NCBI GenBank assembly: GCA_031398925.1
Contig: JANNOF010000131.1
Location: 1-47,816, forward strand
Length of the DNA: 47,816 nucleotides
Reading direction: 5' to 3'
Source of the DNA: Gloeobacteraceae cyanobacterium SOY_34_metabat_371
GTDB lineage: Bacteria > Cyanobacteriota > Cyanobacteriia > Gloeobacterales > Anthocerotibacteraceae
Shown here: one piece after another, positions 38,059 to 47,816 of the stretch
Position numbering within the stretch: position 1 is the stretch's first letter
Layout: the number at the start of each line of letters is the position of its first letter
Program-made: the position numbers and the translations under genes
Notes under the pieces: generated by a model
The model's input: only the letters and a program-made list of their open reading frames with translations
Database searches by the model: none
What the model was told of the DNA's origin: nothing

Positions 38059-38739
38059 ATGGTTCTACTATCTCAAAAAATAATCTACCCTGAGTCCGAT
38101 GGTCAACCAATGGCAGATAATACGGAGCAATTCAATTGGATTGTCCTGATTAAAGAAAACTTAGAAATACTTTTTGCCCATGATCCAGTAGTTTTTGTAG
38201 CAGGAGATCTATTGTGGTATCCCATTCAAGAAGATAACAAACTACATCAAGCCCCTGATGTTCTAGTTGCTTTTGGACGACCCAAGGGCAAGCGGGGTAG
38301 TTATCAGCAGTGGAAAGAAGACAATATAGCGCCGCAAGTGGTGTTTGAGATTCTTTCCCCTGGCAATACCCTCAAAGAAATGGCGAAAAAACTTAATTTT
38401 TATCATCGTTATGGGGTCCAAGAATATTACTTATATGATCCCGATAAAAACGATCTAGGGGGTTGGTTGAGAATAGACAATAATCTAGAAGTCATTGAAG
38501 AAATCGAGGGTTGGGTAAGCCCCCGTTTGGGGATCCGTTTTGTGATGACCGCAGATATTTTAGAAATTTATGGCCCTGATGATCAAAAATTTTTAAGTTC
38601 TGTACAGTTAGCACAACGAGCACAGCAAGCTGAACAAGGACAAGTCATCGAACGACAACGGGCTGAACGATCTGAGCAACGAGCAGAACGTCTAGCAGCT
38701 AAATTACATGCACTCGGCATAGATCCCGATCAAAGCTGA
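38059..38739 (+). CDS. Uma2-family (DUF820) PD-(D/E)xK endonuclease-like protein
   Basis: YPESDGQPMADNT, PDVLVAFG and VVFEILSPGNT...K...YHRYGVQEYYLYDP are hallmark Uma2 motifs. GC is lower than neighbouring genes. Confidence 0.85.
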   Translation: MVLLSQKIIYPESDGQPMADNTEQFNWIVLIKENLEILFAHDPVVFVAGDLLWYPIQEDNKLHQAPDVLVAFGRPKGKRGSYQQWKEDNIAPQVVFEILSPGNTLKEMAKKLNFYHRYGVQEYYLYDPDKNDLGGWLRIDNNLEVIEEIEGWVSPRLGIRFVMTADILEIYGPDDQKFLSSVQLAQRAQQAEQGQVIERQRAERSEQRAERLAAKLHALGIDPDQS

Positions 38740-38927
38740 TCCGGTCCCAACGCGCCGAAGCTGGATCCGAGCACCCTATCCCGTTGATTAACTACGCCCT
38801 TGAGGTCTAGGGAGATGGGTATTTGAGGAAAAAACTCGCACCTGTAGCACTACGTAGCAAGAATCCCCGTAGCTTTAGCCCTAGGAGTGTCAAGATAGGG
38901 GAGAAACTAAGGACAAGGGAGCTAGCG

Positions 38928-39641
38928 ATGCGTAAGACGATCTACTTCCTTTTAGGTGAAAAGGCGGGTCGTACCGTAGTGGGCAGTTGGAACTGGTTGT
39001 GGGGTAAGCCTGTGGACCAGGGGGGACAGGTAGCCGTGGCCGTAGCCGAAGAATCGTTAAAAACGATGCAAGAATCGATCCAAAAGTTTACCCAGGCAGT
39101 GGCTACACAGGTCGCCGCCTATCAACGTGCCCAACAAAAATATAACGCCAAGGTCAAAGAATACCAGACCTACGAACAACAGGTACGGACAGCCCAGAAA
39201 AATGGCAGTCAAGATGCCGCGCGCCTAGCAATGGGTAGATTGCTTCAGATCGAACAGATCCTGCCGCAACTCGAAGAACAGGTGAAACAGGCTGAACAAT
39301 TCGTGGGGACCGCCAAAGAAAAGCTTAACCGCGAAAAAATGAAACTGGAGAATTACAAGACCGATTTGCAAAACATGAAAGATATGTCTGAGATCAATGA
39401 GGCCCTAGCACAAATGGCCCAAGTTAATTCCCAATACAGTATTGACTCGGCCCGCTCACAATTTGAAGAAGCCAAAGGTGCCGTTCAACGCCGTAATCTC
39501 AAAGTCGCCGCTTTTAATGAACTCTCGGATAATCCCACGGAAAAGCTGGCGGCGGATCTGGATAAAATGACCCTTGATGATGAGATCTCGCGCCGTTTAG
39601 CGATGATCGATACCCCCACACCCAAAAAGCTAACGGAGTAA
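38928..39641 (+). CDS. PspA/IM30 (Vipp1)-like coiled-coil protein with atypical N-terminus
   Basis: ATG 38928 is preceded by AAGGGA. TMQESIQKFTQAVATQVAAYQRAQQKYN...QDAARLAMGRL parallels the IM30/PspA helix 1-3 pattern (DMQEDLVQLRQAVA...EE.LAREAL). A long heptad-rich Q/E/K/A body follows. The N-terminal 30 aa (MRKTIYFLLGEKAGRTVVGSWNWLWGKP) is unlike the usual amphipathic helix. Confidence 0.55.
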   Translation: MRKTIYFLLGEKAGRTVVGSWNWLWGKPVDQGGQVAVAVAEESLKTMQESIQKFTQAVATQVAAYQRAQQKYNAKVKEYQTYEQQVRTAQKNGSQDAARLAMGRLLQIEQILPQLEEQVKQAEQFVGTAKEKLNREKMKLENYKTDLQNMKDMSEINEALAQMAQVNSQYSIDSARSQFEEAKGAVQRRNLKVAAFNELSDNPTEKLAADLDKMTLDDEISRRLAMIDTPTPKKLTE

Positions 39642-39646
39642 TACAC

Positions 39647-40573
39647 ATGGCCCAAAATAGCGGTCCTCCCCCAATTATTTTTATCTTGGCGGCCCTAGTC
39701 ATTGCTGGCGGCGGTTTCTACTGGTTTACCAATCAAAATAGTAGCCCCACCGCAACCAATAGTGCTACCCCCGTCGAAGTGGTACCGGGCGCTGATCCCC
39801 CTAGTACCCCCGCACCAACCCCCAGCCCTGAAGCCCTAGCCATCCCCACAACACTCCCCCAGGGCAGCTCAGTCAAAGTAGACGGATCTACAAGCATGGT
39901 CCGTCTCAACAAAAATCTAGGCACTGCCTTTCAGGCTAAATTTCCGGGCGTTGGCTACACCTGGAAAGCCAACGGTAGTTCTAACGGGATCAAAGCCCTA
40001 GTTGCCAAAGAAATCGATGTAGCAGCTTCTTCTCGCCCACTTAAGGAAGAAGAAGTCAGCCAAGGGCTCGTTGCCGTCCCCGTCAAAACCGATGCCATCG
40101 CAGTGATCATTGGCAAGGCCAATGCGTTTAGTAGTGGGTTGACCTCTGAGCAGTTACGCAATGTTTTTTCGGGCCAAGTCAATAACTGGAGTCAAGTCGG
40201 CGGTACGGCGCTACCGCTTAGGGTCGTCAACCGCAACCCGGAAAGCGGTACCTATGGCTTATTCAAGGACGCCGTTTTGGGGGGCAATGCATTTGGCAAT
40301 GGCCCTAACTGGACGACGATGTCTCGGGATGTAACCACCGAGCTGATCCAAAAATTAGGTACCAATGGCATTGGCTATGCCAACTACAGTCAGATCAAGA
40401 CCCAAAAGACGATCAAAGCCTTGGCTATTGATGGGGCGACCCCTGATTCTCCCAACTATGGGTTACTCAGTGTGCTGTATTACGTTTACCGGTCCGATAG
40501 TTCAGAGGCTGCCAAGGCTTTTATTGCCTTTGCCACTAGCCCCGAAGGACAAGCTGTTGCTGTTGTGGAGTAA
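39647..40573 (+). CDS. PstS-like (PBP_like_2) phosphate-binding-protein homologue with N-terminal TM anchor, copy 1
   Basis: GPPPIIFILAALVIAGGGFYWF anchor, a Pro/Thr/Ser linker, then GSTSMV, NGSSNGIKAL, VAASSRPLK.EE, NRNPESGTY and GIGYANYS, which is the PstS/PhoT-family order of motifs. Confidence 0.8.
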   Translation: MAQNSGPPPIIFILAALVIAGGGFYWFTNQNSSPTATNSATPVEVVPGADPPSTPAPTPSPEALAIPTTLPQGSSVKVDGSTSMVRLNKNLGTAFQAKFPGVGYTWKANGSSNGIKALVAKEIDVAASSRPLKEEEVSQGLVAVPVKTDAIAVIIGKANAFSSGLTSEQLRNVFSGQVNNWSQVGGTALPLRVVNRNPESGTYGLFKDAVLGGNAFGNGPNWTTMSRDVTTELIQKLGTNGIGYANYSQIKTQKTIKALAIDGATPDSPNYGLLSVLYYVYRSDSSEAAKAFIAFATSPEGQAVAVVE

Positions 40574-40575
40574 CC

Positions 40576-41460
40576 ATGTCCCAAAGTGGTCCCCCGCCCA
40601 TTATTTTTGTCCTAGGTGCTTTGCTCTTAGCAGGCGGGGGCTACTACTGGTACACGCTCCAGGGTAAAGATCCCCTAGCTACGGTACGCAATGCCATTGA
40701 CAAAAGCCAGTCCCCGGCCCAGTTAACGGTACCCCAATCTTTACCCGCCAATGCGGGGATCAAGATCGATGGCTCCACCAGTATGGTGCGCTTAAATGTC
40801 AATTTAGGTAAGCTCTTTCAAAAGAAATTTCCTACAGCTAGCTATACGTGGCAGGCCAATGGTAGCTCCAAAGGGATCAAAGCCTTACTGGACGGAACCG
40901 TTGATCTCGCGGCTTCCTCCCGTGCGCTTAAGCCCGAAGAAGTCAGTCAGGGCTTAGTGGCGGTACCGGTTAAAAATGATGCCATTGCCGTGATCGTGGG
41001 TCGGGGTAATCCTTTTCGCGGGGAATTGACCCTAGAGCAACTCAAACAGATCTTTACGGGGACACTCAAAAACTGGTCTGACGTCGGGGGACCACCCCTG
41101 CCCTTGCGCGTGATTAATCGTAATCCCGAAAGCGGTACCTATAAGCAGTTTGAAGATACGGTACTAGGGGGCGGTAGCTTTGGTAGTGGACCTAACTGGA
41201 CAACGATGCCCAGGGATGTGACAACCGAGTTGATCCAAAAACTGGGTACCAATGGCATTGGCTATGCCAATTACAGCCAGATCCGCGATCAAAAGACAAT
41301 TCGGGCGGTAGCTTTAGAAGGGGCTAGCCCTGATGCTGCCAACTACCCCATTGTTAGTATTCTGTACTATGTCTACGGTCCCAACAGCTCAGAGGCGGCC
41401 AAAGCTTTTGTGGCTTTAGCAACGAGTACCGAAGGTCAAGCCGTCGCCGTGATCGACTAG
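40576..41460 (+). CDS. PstS-like phosphate-binding-protein homologue with N-terminal TM anchor, copy 2 (tandem paralogue)
   Basis: Same architecture and motifs as copy 1 (GPPPIIFVLGALLLAGGGYYWY; GSTSMV; NGSSKGIKAL; LAASSRALK.EE; NRNPESGTY; GIGYANYS). Starts 2 nt after the copy 1 stop. Confidence 0.8.
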   Translation: MSQSGPPPIIFVLGALLLAGGGYYWYTLQGKDPLATVRNAIDKSQSPAQLTVPQSLPANAGIKIDGSTSMVRLNVNLGKLFQKKFPTASYTWQANGSSKGIKALLDGTVDLAASSRALKPEEVSQGLVAVPVKNDAIAVIVGRGNPFRGELTLEQLKQIFTGTLKNWSDVGGPPLPLRVINRNPESGTYKQFEDTVLGGGSFGSGPNWTTMPRDVTTELIQKLGTNGIGYANYSQIRDQKTIRAVALEGASPDAANYPIVSILYYVYGPNSSEAAKAFVALATSTEGQAVAVID

Positions 41461-41840
41461 GGCAGGGGGGGAGTCAAGTCTACCGGCTTATTTTCCGTGG
41501 GAATAATTTCTCCCGTGACGGTATTTGTCGTCCCTTTGGCTTGGGGTTGGATCAACTCCGGGGTAATCTTGAGCGTATTGCGGGAGCGAAACTTAGTGAT
41601 CTCATCGGCCATATTTTGATTGGCATCTTTTTTAAAGTCTTTGAAACTCTTGGGATTTGCTAAGTTACTGCGGTGGAGTAGATCAAAGATCCCTAAACCG
41701 CCACCCGTGGCCCCAAAAGGATTATTTTCGTCTTCGGTCTTAGTATCGACGGTTCCGGTAAATTCTCCGCCGAAGGTTTGGGCACCCACGCTAGGAGTCA
41801 AAAGAAGGATACCGATTATGAGTGTGGTCCAAGTGCGCAT
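41457..41840 (-). CDS. Hypothetical secreted protein
   Basis: 127-aa ORF with a signal peptide (LIIGILLLTPSVGAQT). Convergent 4-nt overlap with PstS-like copy 2. No family recognised. Confidence 0.45.
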   Translation of the reverse strand: MRTWTTLIIGILLLTPSVGAQTFGGEFTGTVDTKTEDENNPFGATGGGLGIFDLLHRSNLANPKSFKDFKKDANQNMADEITKFRSRNTLKITPELIQPQAKGTTNTVTGEIIPTENKPVDLTPPLP

Positions 41841-41873
41841 GTGTTTTCCTCTCTGTCCTATAATAAAACGACC

Positions 41874-42866
41874 ATGCAGTTATCATACCAAGTCGGCATT
41901 TTGGGGGCTACTGGTGCCGTCGGCACTGAACTATTAGCCCTTTTGCAAGAACGTCAATTTCCCTTAAAATCCCTCGTCCTAATGGCTTCCGAGCGCTCTG
42001 TCGGTAAGACGACCCCGTGGGGCGTGATCAAACCCATAGCTGCTGCCTCTTTAGCCGGGCTAGATTTTGTTTTTGGGTGTACCGGCAAAGACTTAGCCCA
42101 ACAGTGGTCTGGGGCGATTACGGAGGCTGGGGCGGTCTTTATTGACAATTCCAGTGCCTATCGTCTGACCCACCCATTAGTAGTCCCCGAGGTCAATGCC
42201 CTAGATCTGCATGATCATCAAGGGATCATTGCTAATCCCAACTGCTCTACGATTTTGATGGTCTTGGCCCTCGGGCCGCTCCATCGGGTCCGCCCGATTA
42301 GACGGGTCGTAGTTTCAACCTATCAAGCGGCCAGTGGCGCCGGGCTTCCGGCAATGGCTGAACTCCAAGCGCAAACCGCCCAGGTTTTGCAGGGTCAGGT
42401 ACCCCAACCGGAGGTCTTTCCTTTTCCACTGGCCTTTAATCTCTTTTTGCATGACTCGCCCATGACGCCCCTGGGCTACTGCGAAGAAGAACTCAAAATG
42501 ATCTACGAGACCCGCCGGATCCTGCATGTGCCTGATCTGGCGGTTACGGCGACCTGTGTCCGGGTGCCCGTACTCCGTGCCCACGCGGAGGCAGTCAATA
42601 TTGAGTTTTATGACCCGTTTCCTGTAGCTGAAGCACGGGCAATTTTAGCCCAAGCCCCAGGGCTCCGCCTATTAGAAGATTGGGAGCACAATCGGTTTCC
42701 CATGCCCCTTGATGCCAGTGGCAAAGATGAAGTGCTGGTGGGACGTATCCGTCAAGATCTCAGTAATCCCTGTGCCTTAGATCTATGGTTAGTGGGCGAT
42801 CAGATCCGTAAAGGGGCCGCACTCAATGCCTTACAAATCGCTGAAACATTGATCGCGCAAGCCTAA
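41874..42866 (+). CDS. asd: Aspartate-semialdehyde dehydrogenase
   Basis: From ATG 41874: VGILGATGAVGTELL (Rossmann), NPNCSTI (active-site Cys), STYQAASGAG, RVPVLRAHAE. The ORF track extends upstream to 41778 over the neighbouring gene. Confidence 0.9.
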   Translation: MQLSYQVGILGATGAVGTELLALLQERQFPLKSLVLMASERSVGKTTPWGVIKPIAAASLAGLDFVFGCTGKDLAQQWSGAITEAGAVFIDNSSAYRLTHPLVVPEVNALDLHDHQGIIANPNCSTILMVLALGPLHRVRPIRRVVVSTYQAASGAGLPAMAELQAQTAQVLQGQVPQPEVFPFPLAFNLFLHDSPMTPLGYCEEELKMIYETRRILHVPDLAVTATCVRVPVLRAHAEAVNIEFYDPFPVAEARAILAQAPGLRLLEDWEHNRFPMPLDASGKDEVLVGRIRQDLSNPCALDLWLVGDQIRKGAALNALQIAETLIAQA

Positions 42867-43894
42867 ATCCTGCGACAAACAGCTAAGGTTTTTTGGGCAG
42901 TGGCTTCCCAACTAAAGCCCTGGGCTTGCTGGATCCCTTGCCGAGCCAGTTGATCTCGCCATATTGGGTCACTTAAAAGCTGGGTAATCACCCGCACAAG
43001 ATCCGTAGGGGATTGGGGATCAAAATAGGCCACCGCTTGACCCCCCACCTCCGGGAGGCTGCTACTATGGGCGCAGATCACCGGGGTGCCACAGGCCATG
43101 GCTTCTAAAATAGGTAGCCCAAAACCCTCAAAAAGACTAGGAAAAATAAAGGCTGTGGCCCGTCGATAAAGCTGGGGCAGCGCCTCTGGCGGTATGTAGT
43201 CCAACCAACGAATCCTTCCTTTGCCCGCACGCTGTAACTCAGGGGTATACCGGGGGTCAGCACGCCCTGCAATCCATAATTCTCCCTGCCATTGGGTCTG
43301 GATCTGCCCAAAAGCCTGGATTAGGGTCATGAGGTTTTTGTGGGGTTCATGGGAACCGACATATAAAAGATAGGGTACTGGGGGCGCGACTTCGGCCTGA
43401 GCAAAAAAACGTTCGCGGTCATAGGCCAAAGGGATCACCGTGATCCGTTCTGGGGCAAGGTTATAAAATTCCGTCAGATCCCGCTGGGTCTGGTGCGAAT
43501 TACAGATGATCTGCCGCGCCGAACGTAGCGAAAGGGGCACCCAGTAGCGAAAGTAGGCCAATTTTTGCCCATAAACGTGCGGGTAACGCAGGGGGATCAC
43601 ATCGTGAGCCATCACCACTTGCGGATAAAGCCCCCACCCCCCTTCGGGTACCGGATGAAAAACAAGATCCCCTTTTTTGATCTTACGGGGCCAGTGGGTT
43701 TGATTCCAGAGTAACCGGGTCGCGTGGGAATGGACGGGAACGGGCTGATAAGGGTGATCCCAGGCATAACCCTGGGGTAAGTAGGCGACCAGATCAGGAA
43801 TACACTGCTGCCACTGTTTGAGCATATTGCGGCAATAGGTCGCAATCCCCGTTTGCGGCAAGTGTAGATAGCTACCGTTGAAATAAAAAGTCAT
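42863..43894 (-). CDS. Glycosyltransferase family 4 (GT-B, retaining)
   Basis: C-terminal FIFPSLFEGFGLPILEAMACGTPVI (E-x7-E region) typical of GT4. Confidence 0.85.
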   Translation of the reverse strand: MTFYFNGSYLHLPQTGIATYCRNMLKQWQQCIPDLVAYLPQGYAWDHPYQPVPVHSHATRLLWNQTHWPRKIKKGDLVFHPVPEGGWGLYPQVVMAHDVIPLRYPHVYGQKLAYFRYWVPLSLRSARQIICNSHQTQRDLTEFYNLAPERITVIPLAYDRERFFAQAEVAPPVPYLLYVGSHEPHKNLMTLIQAFGQIQTQWQGELWIAGRADPRYTPELQRAGKGRIRWLDYIPPEALPQLYRRATAFIFPSLFEGFGLPILEAMACGTPVICAHSSSLPEVGGQAVAYFDPQSPTDLVRVITQLLSDPIWRDQLARQGIQQAQGFSWEATAQKTLAVCRRI

Positions 43895-45072
43895 CCGCCC
43901 TTAGGGGTACTAGACAAACGGGATGCGTTGGGGGGATGGATCTCTAGGGCCTTAAACCCAAGTGCTTGCCATTGGCCCTTTGCATTTTTTTGAACCTCAA
44001 CGGTCAAACTAACGGGTCCATCCATGGTGTAGCGAAAGCCCTTCCCCATGGCATCGGTAAACAGCAAGACCAGTCCCCGTTCGTTTAAGGGATAGCGTTC
44101 AGGATCAATCTGGATCTGAGTCAATTGTTTTTGCAGGGGAGCACTTAAAAATGGCCGGGTCCACTGGGGAGCGCGGTCCTTACGCATCAAAGCAACTAAT
44201 GCCCCATAGAGCGCGTTATCGGGCACATTGAGCACTTGGCTACTGACATTCCGATAGCCCTGGGGTCCCCATTGCCACAGGGAGCGCTGACCCACCAAAC
44301 CGCAACTATCACAGGCCGCCATGATCCGCTCAGGATCTAATAACAGGGTATCCAGCTTGAGATTGGGGGTATTCCCAATGAATTCACTGGTGCCAAAGGC
44401 ACTGTACATGGCTTCGGGAATATAACTGGGGCTGACATCTTTAAACCGGGTACCCTCTTGACGAAAAACCTTAATAAAGGGAGCGGTATCTTCTAATTGC
44501 TGCGTCTGCCCATTGACGATTAAAAACGGCGTTTTTTCTACCTTAACGATGCGTAGGGCATTCACCTGGGCCTGCCACTCTAGCTCGTAGTCATTAAGAA
44601 TGACGACGTGGGACTCAGATTGCCAAAGGGCAAGGTGACGAATATCCAACTCCGATTCAACCACACTCACTTGGATCAGTTGCCCCTGAGTCAATCGCGT
44701 ATAGGTAAATTGAAAGCGTTCATCGGGGGCTAGGGCCTGGAGCTGGGCCACCAGAGGTTGGTTAGTTTGCTTTACATTGACTAAAAATTGCTCTAGGTGA
44801 CGTACAAATTCTTGGCGTTGAATGATTAAAAAATCAGCACTCCGGGCTAAAGCCGGACCGTTGCCCGTTTGTAGCGCCACTTCATAGCTATCTAGTTGTT
44901 GGGCATAGTCCGCCAAGATAAGTTCCAACTGTTGGGTGTTGGCCAGATCTTGGGGCAGAGGATCGGTGGCTGGGGTAGACCTTAATAAGTAAAAAGAAAT
45001 AGCCCCTGCTATCAAAAACAGTACAGGTAGCCAAACCACAGGCCGGGTAATGATCCGCAAAGTTGAGACCAT
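43891..45072 (-). CDS. Hypothetical membrane-anchored protein
   Basis: ATG 45072 is preceded by GAGGAG. The N-terminal TM helix is VVWLPVLFLIAGAISFYLL and the rest is predicted soluble. A 4-nt overlap with the downstream GT4 gene suggests co-translation. No family recognised. Confidence 0.5.
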   Translation of the reverse strand: MVSTLRIITRPVVWLPVLFLIAGAISFYLLRSTPATDPLPQDLANTQQLELILADYAQQLDSYEVALQTGNGPALARSADFLIIQRQEFVRHLEQFLVNVKQTNQPLVAQLQALAPDERFQFTYTRLTQGQLIQVSVVESELDIRHLALWQSESHVVILNDYELEWQAQVNALRIVKVEKTPFLIVNGQTQQLEDTAPFIKVFRQEGTRFKDVSPSYIPEAMYSAFGTSEFIGNTPNLKLDTLLLDPERIMAACDSCGLVGQRSLWQWGPQGYRNVSSQVLNVPDNALYGALVALMRKDRAPQWTRPFLSAPLQKQLTQIQIDPERYPLNERGLVLLFTDAMGKGFRYTMDGPVSLTVEVQKNAKGQWQALGFKALEIHPPNASRLSSTPKGG

Positions 45073-45119
45073 AGGGATTGCGCTCCTCAAAGCGCTAGGG
45101 TCAGCCCTCAATAACTGTT

Positions 45120-45254
45120 TTATTCTTCTTTGCCGTGGGCAGAACCATTGCCTTTGTAATGGGGGCCATTATAGTAGCCCCCCTTGGTGGTGAAGAAAAA
45201 CACTGTGGGGACAAATAGCGCTGTAAGTAACAAAATGATGTCTTTGGTCAACAT
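45120..45254 (-). CDS. Candidate 44-aa single-TM small protein
   Basis: Not in the ORF track. MLTKDIILLLTALFVPTVFFFTTKGGYYNGPHYKGNGSAHGKEE: one hydrophobic helix plus a Gly/Tyr/His-rich tail. It lies 8 nt upstream of the ORF-track start (45111) of the downstream gene and about 47 nt from its preferred ATG at 45072, on the same strand. Confidence 0.4.
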   Translation of the reverse strand: MLTKDIILLLTALFVPTVFFFTTKGGYYNGPHYKGNGSAHGKEE

Positions 45255-45320
45255 AAATACCCCCAGCGAACGCAAAGGCTGTACTTCCAGTAAAGCATAT
45301 CCCCCAAGGGTTTAACGGGA

Positions 45321-45749
45321 CTAAGGTCGCTTGGTCGCAAGGAGCAGGATATTGGCCTGTTGGGAAAGATCCACCCAGTTCTTATAGAGCAGATCTAAAG
45401 TCAAGCCCTGTTGATCTACCACCAATTGGGTGGTCTGGGTGGCCTTCAGTTGCGAGATCAAAGCACTCCCCGCCTGGAGGGTCCGTAGGGTCTGACTCCG
45501 CCGTACGTTGTGGGCCTGGGCACAGGGTTCATCGCAGGGATTGCCATAAAAGAAATGGTTTTGGCGAAACTGCCGCAGGATCATAATGTGTCCCGTAAGC
45601 TCTTGATTTTTTTGCTGGAGTTCAAGGGCCAAGGCTTGCGGATCGGCGCTACTCGGCGGTGCAGGAGCAAGGGGGGCACTGAAGCTGGGCTGAGCGAACA
45701 GCAAGAACAGAGCCAAGATCTTCTTCACAGGGATCACGACAAAGAGCAC
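45321..45749 (-). CDS. Hypothetical secreted protein
   Basis: 142-aa ORF with a signal-like ILALFLLFAQPSFSAP. No family recognised. Confidence 0.45.
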   Translation of the reverse strand: MLFVVIPVKKILALFLLFAQPSFSAPLAPAPPSSADPQALALELQQKNQELTGHIMILRQFRQNHFFYGNPCDEPCAQAHNVRRSQTLRTLQAGSALISQLKATQTTQLVVDQQGLTLDLLYKNWVDLSQQANILLLATKRP

Positions 45750-45945
45750 TCTCTAGTCTAATAGATAGGGTTATGCTACGGAAAAAGTTATAGAGGAAGC
45801 GGTGGCAACAGCAATAGAAGGGGCAGGTAGCGTTCCGCCACTGGCTAAACCTAGAGCACCTGATCCGCCGATCCCGGAAATGCCTGTTAAGATCCCTGCT
45901 GATCCGTAGGCAACATCTAGTAGACCCCAGAGGATCTTGTTAAGC

Positions 45946-45988
45946 GATCTACCCGATCAAGGACTGCCCAGATTGGGTAGATCTTTTT
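45946..45988 (+). terminator. Strong intrinsic-terminator-like hairpin with a + strand U-tract
   Basis: GATCTACCCGATC (45946-45958) / 12-nt loop / GATTGGGTAGATC (45971-45983): 13 bp with one G-U, followed by TTTTT (45984-45988). On the - strand the stem is followed by GCTTAAC, with no U-tract. Confidence 0.55.
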
Positions 45989-46059
45989 CAGTTATTTAGT
46001 TGTCAAGATGCGTGTAATGGATATTTTAGCCTGATCAGGAATTTCTATATAAGCCAAGA

Positions 46060-47726
<1,667 letters not shown>

Positions 47727-47746
47727 CTAGGGTAGCGCTACAACCC

Positions 47747-47815
47747 TTAGCCGTAAACCGACACATCTTCGCCCTGTTCTTCTAAATAGTTGAGGGCACG
47801 GTAACGGATGCCGAT
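47747..47815 (-). CDS. 3' end of an unidentified gene running off the window edge
   Basis: An open frame from the window edge reads ...IGIRYRALNYLEEQGEDVSVYG then TAA (47747-47749). It is too short to identify. Confidence 0.3.
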   Translation of the reverse strand: MGIRYRALNYLEEQGEDVSVYG

Positions 47816-47816
47816 C

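Larger units (their letters stand above)
39647..41460 (+). repeat. Tandem gene duplication (two ~0.9-kb paralogous units)
   Basis: The proteins are collinear with high identity across the binding domain. At the DNA level, about 70 nt around 40326-40396 versus 41214-41284 differ at about 7 positions by my alignment, including an identical 26-mer GGTACCAATGGCATTGGCTATGCCAA. Confidence 0.8.

Noticed and set aside
38740-38927. Possible Pho box upstream of the PspA / PstS-like cluster (ATTAACTA ... CCTTGAGG)
   Set aside because: Only the first repeat has a TTAA core. The 11-bp-phased partners are degenerate, so the evidence is too weak to annotate.
45760-45935. - strand reading frame encoding a Gly/Ala/Ser-rich peptide (…GILTGISGIGGSGALGLASGGTLPAPSIAVATASSITFSVA), which could look like a bacteriocin/RiPP precursor
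   Set aside because: Between the upstream in-frame TGA and the stop there is no ATG, GTG or TTG start codon, so I do not call it a CDS.

Overview
This is a densely coded chromosomal window from a cyanobacterium, with GC of roughly 50% or a little higher in the housekeeping genes. The lineage call rests on ndhH, ftrV, hemJ, crtP (pds), ccdA, an SLH/OprB-type porin, Uma2 and a HEAT-repeat protein. All calls come from reading the supplied translations and the DNA by eye; no searches were run. Recognisable housekeeping genes are dnaE (unsplit), metG, secF, asd, iscU/iscA, a cysteine synthase, PmbA/TldD, PepF, PhoD, a glutathione peroxidase and a hybrid histidine kinase. I saw no rRNA, tRNA, CRISPR array, transposase or integrase. 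The most unusual element is a low-GC two-gene cassette at 25445-27989, wedged between ndhH and secF. It encodes a STAND/ORC-like P-loop NTPase whose 3' end overlaps a TPR protein, and neither protein has a recognisable effector domain; it may be a split NLR-like conflict or signalling module. The second candidate (38928-41460) is a PspA/IM30-like coiled-coil gene followed by two tandem, membrane-anchored PstS-like binding proteins with no ABC transporter partners. Other observations:
- an esterase / ATP-grasp / glutathione peroxidase operon;
- two canonical + strand intrinsic terminators with no + strand gene to terminate (sRNA candidates);
- three unlisted small ORFs;
- a candidate Pho box upstream of phoD;
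- a 13-nt perfect tandem duplication at the Rrf2 stop / abgT promoter;
- window-wide several-fold GATC enrichment without HIP1.
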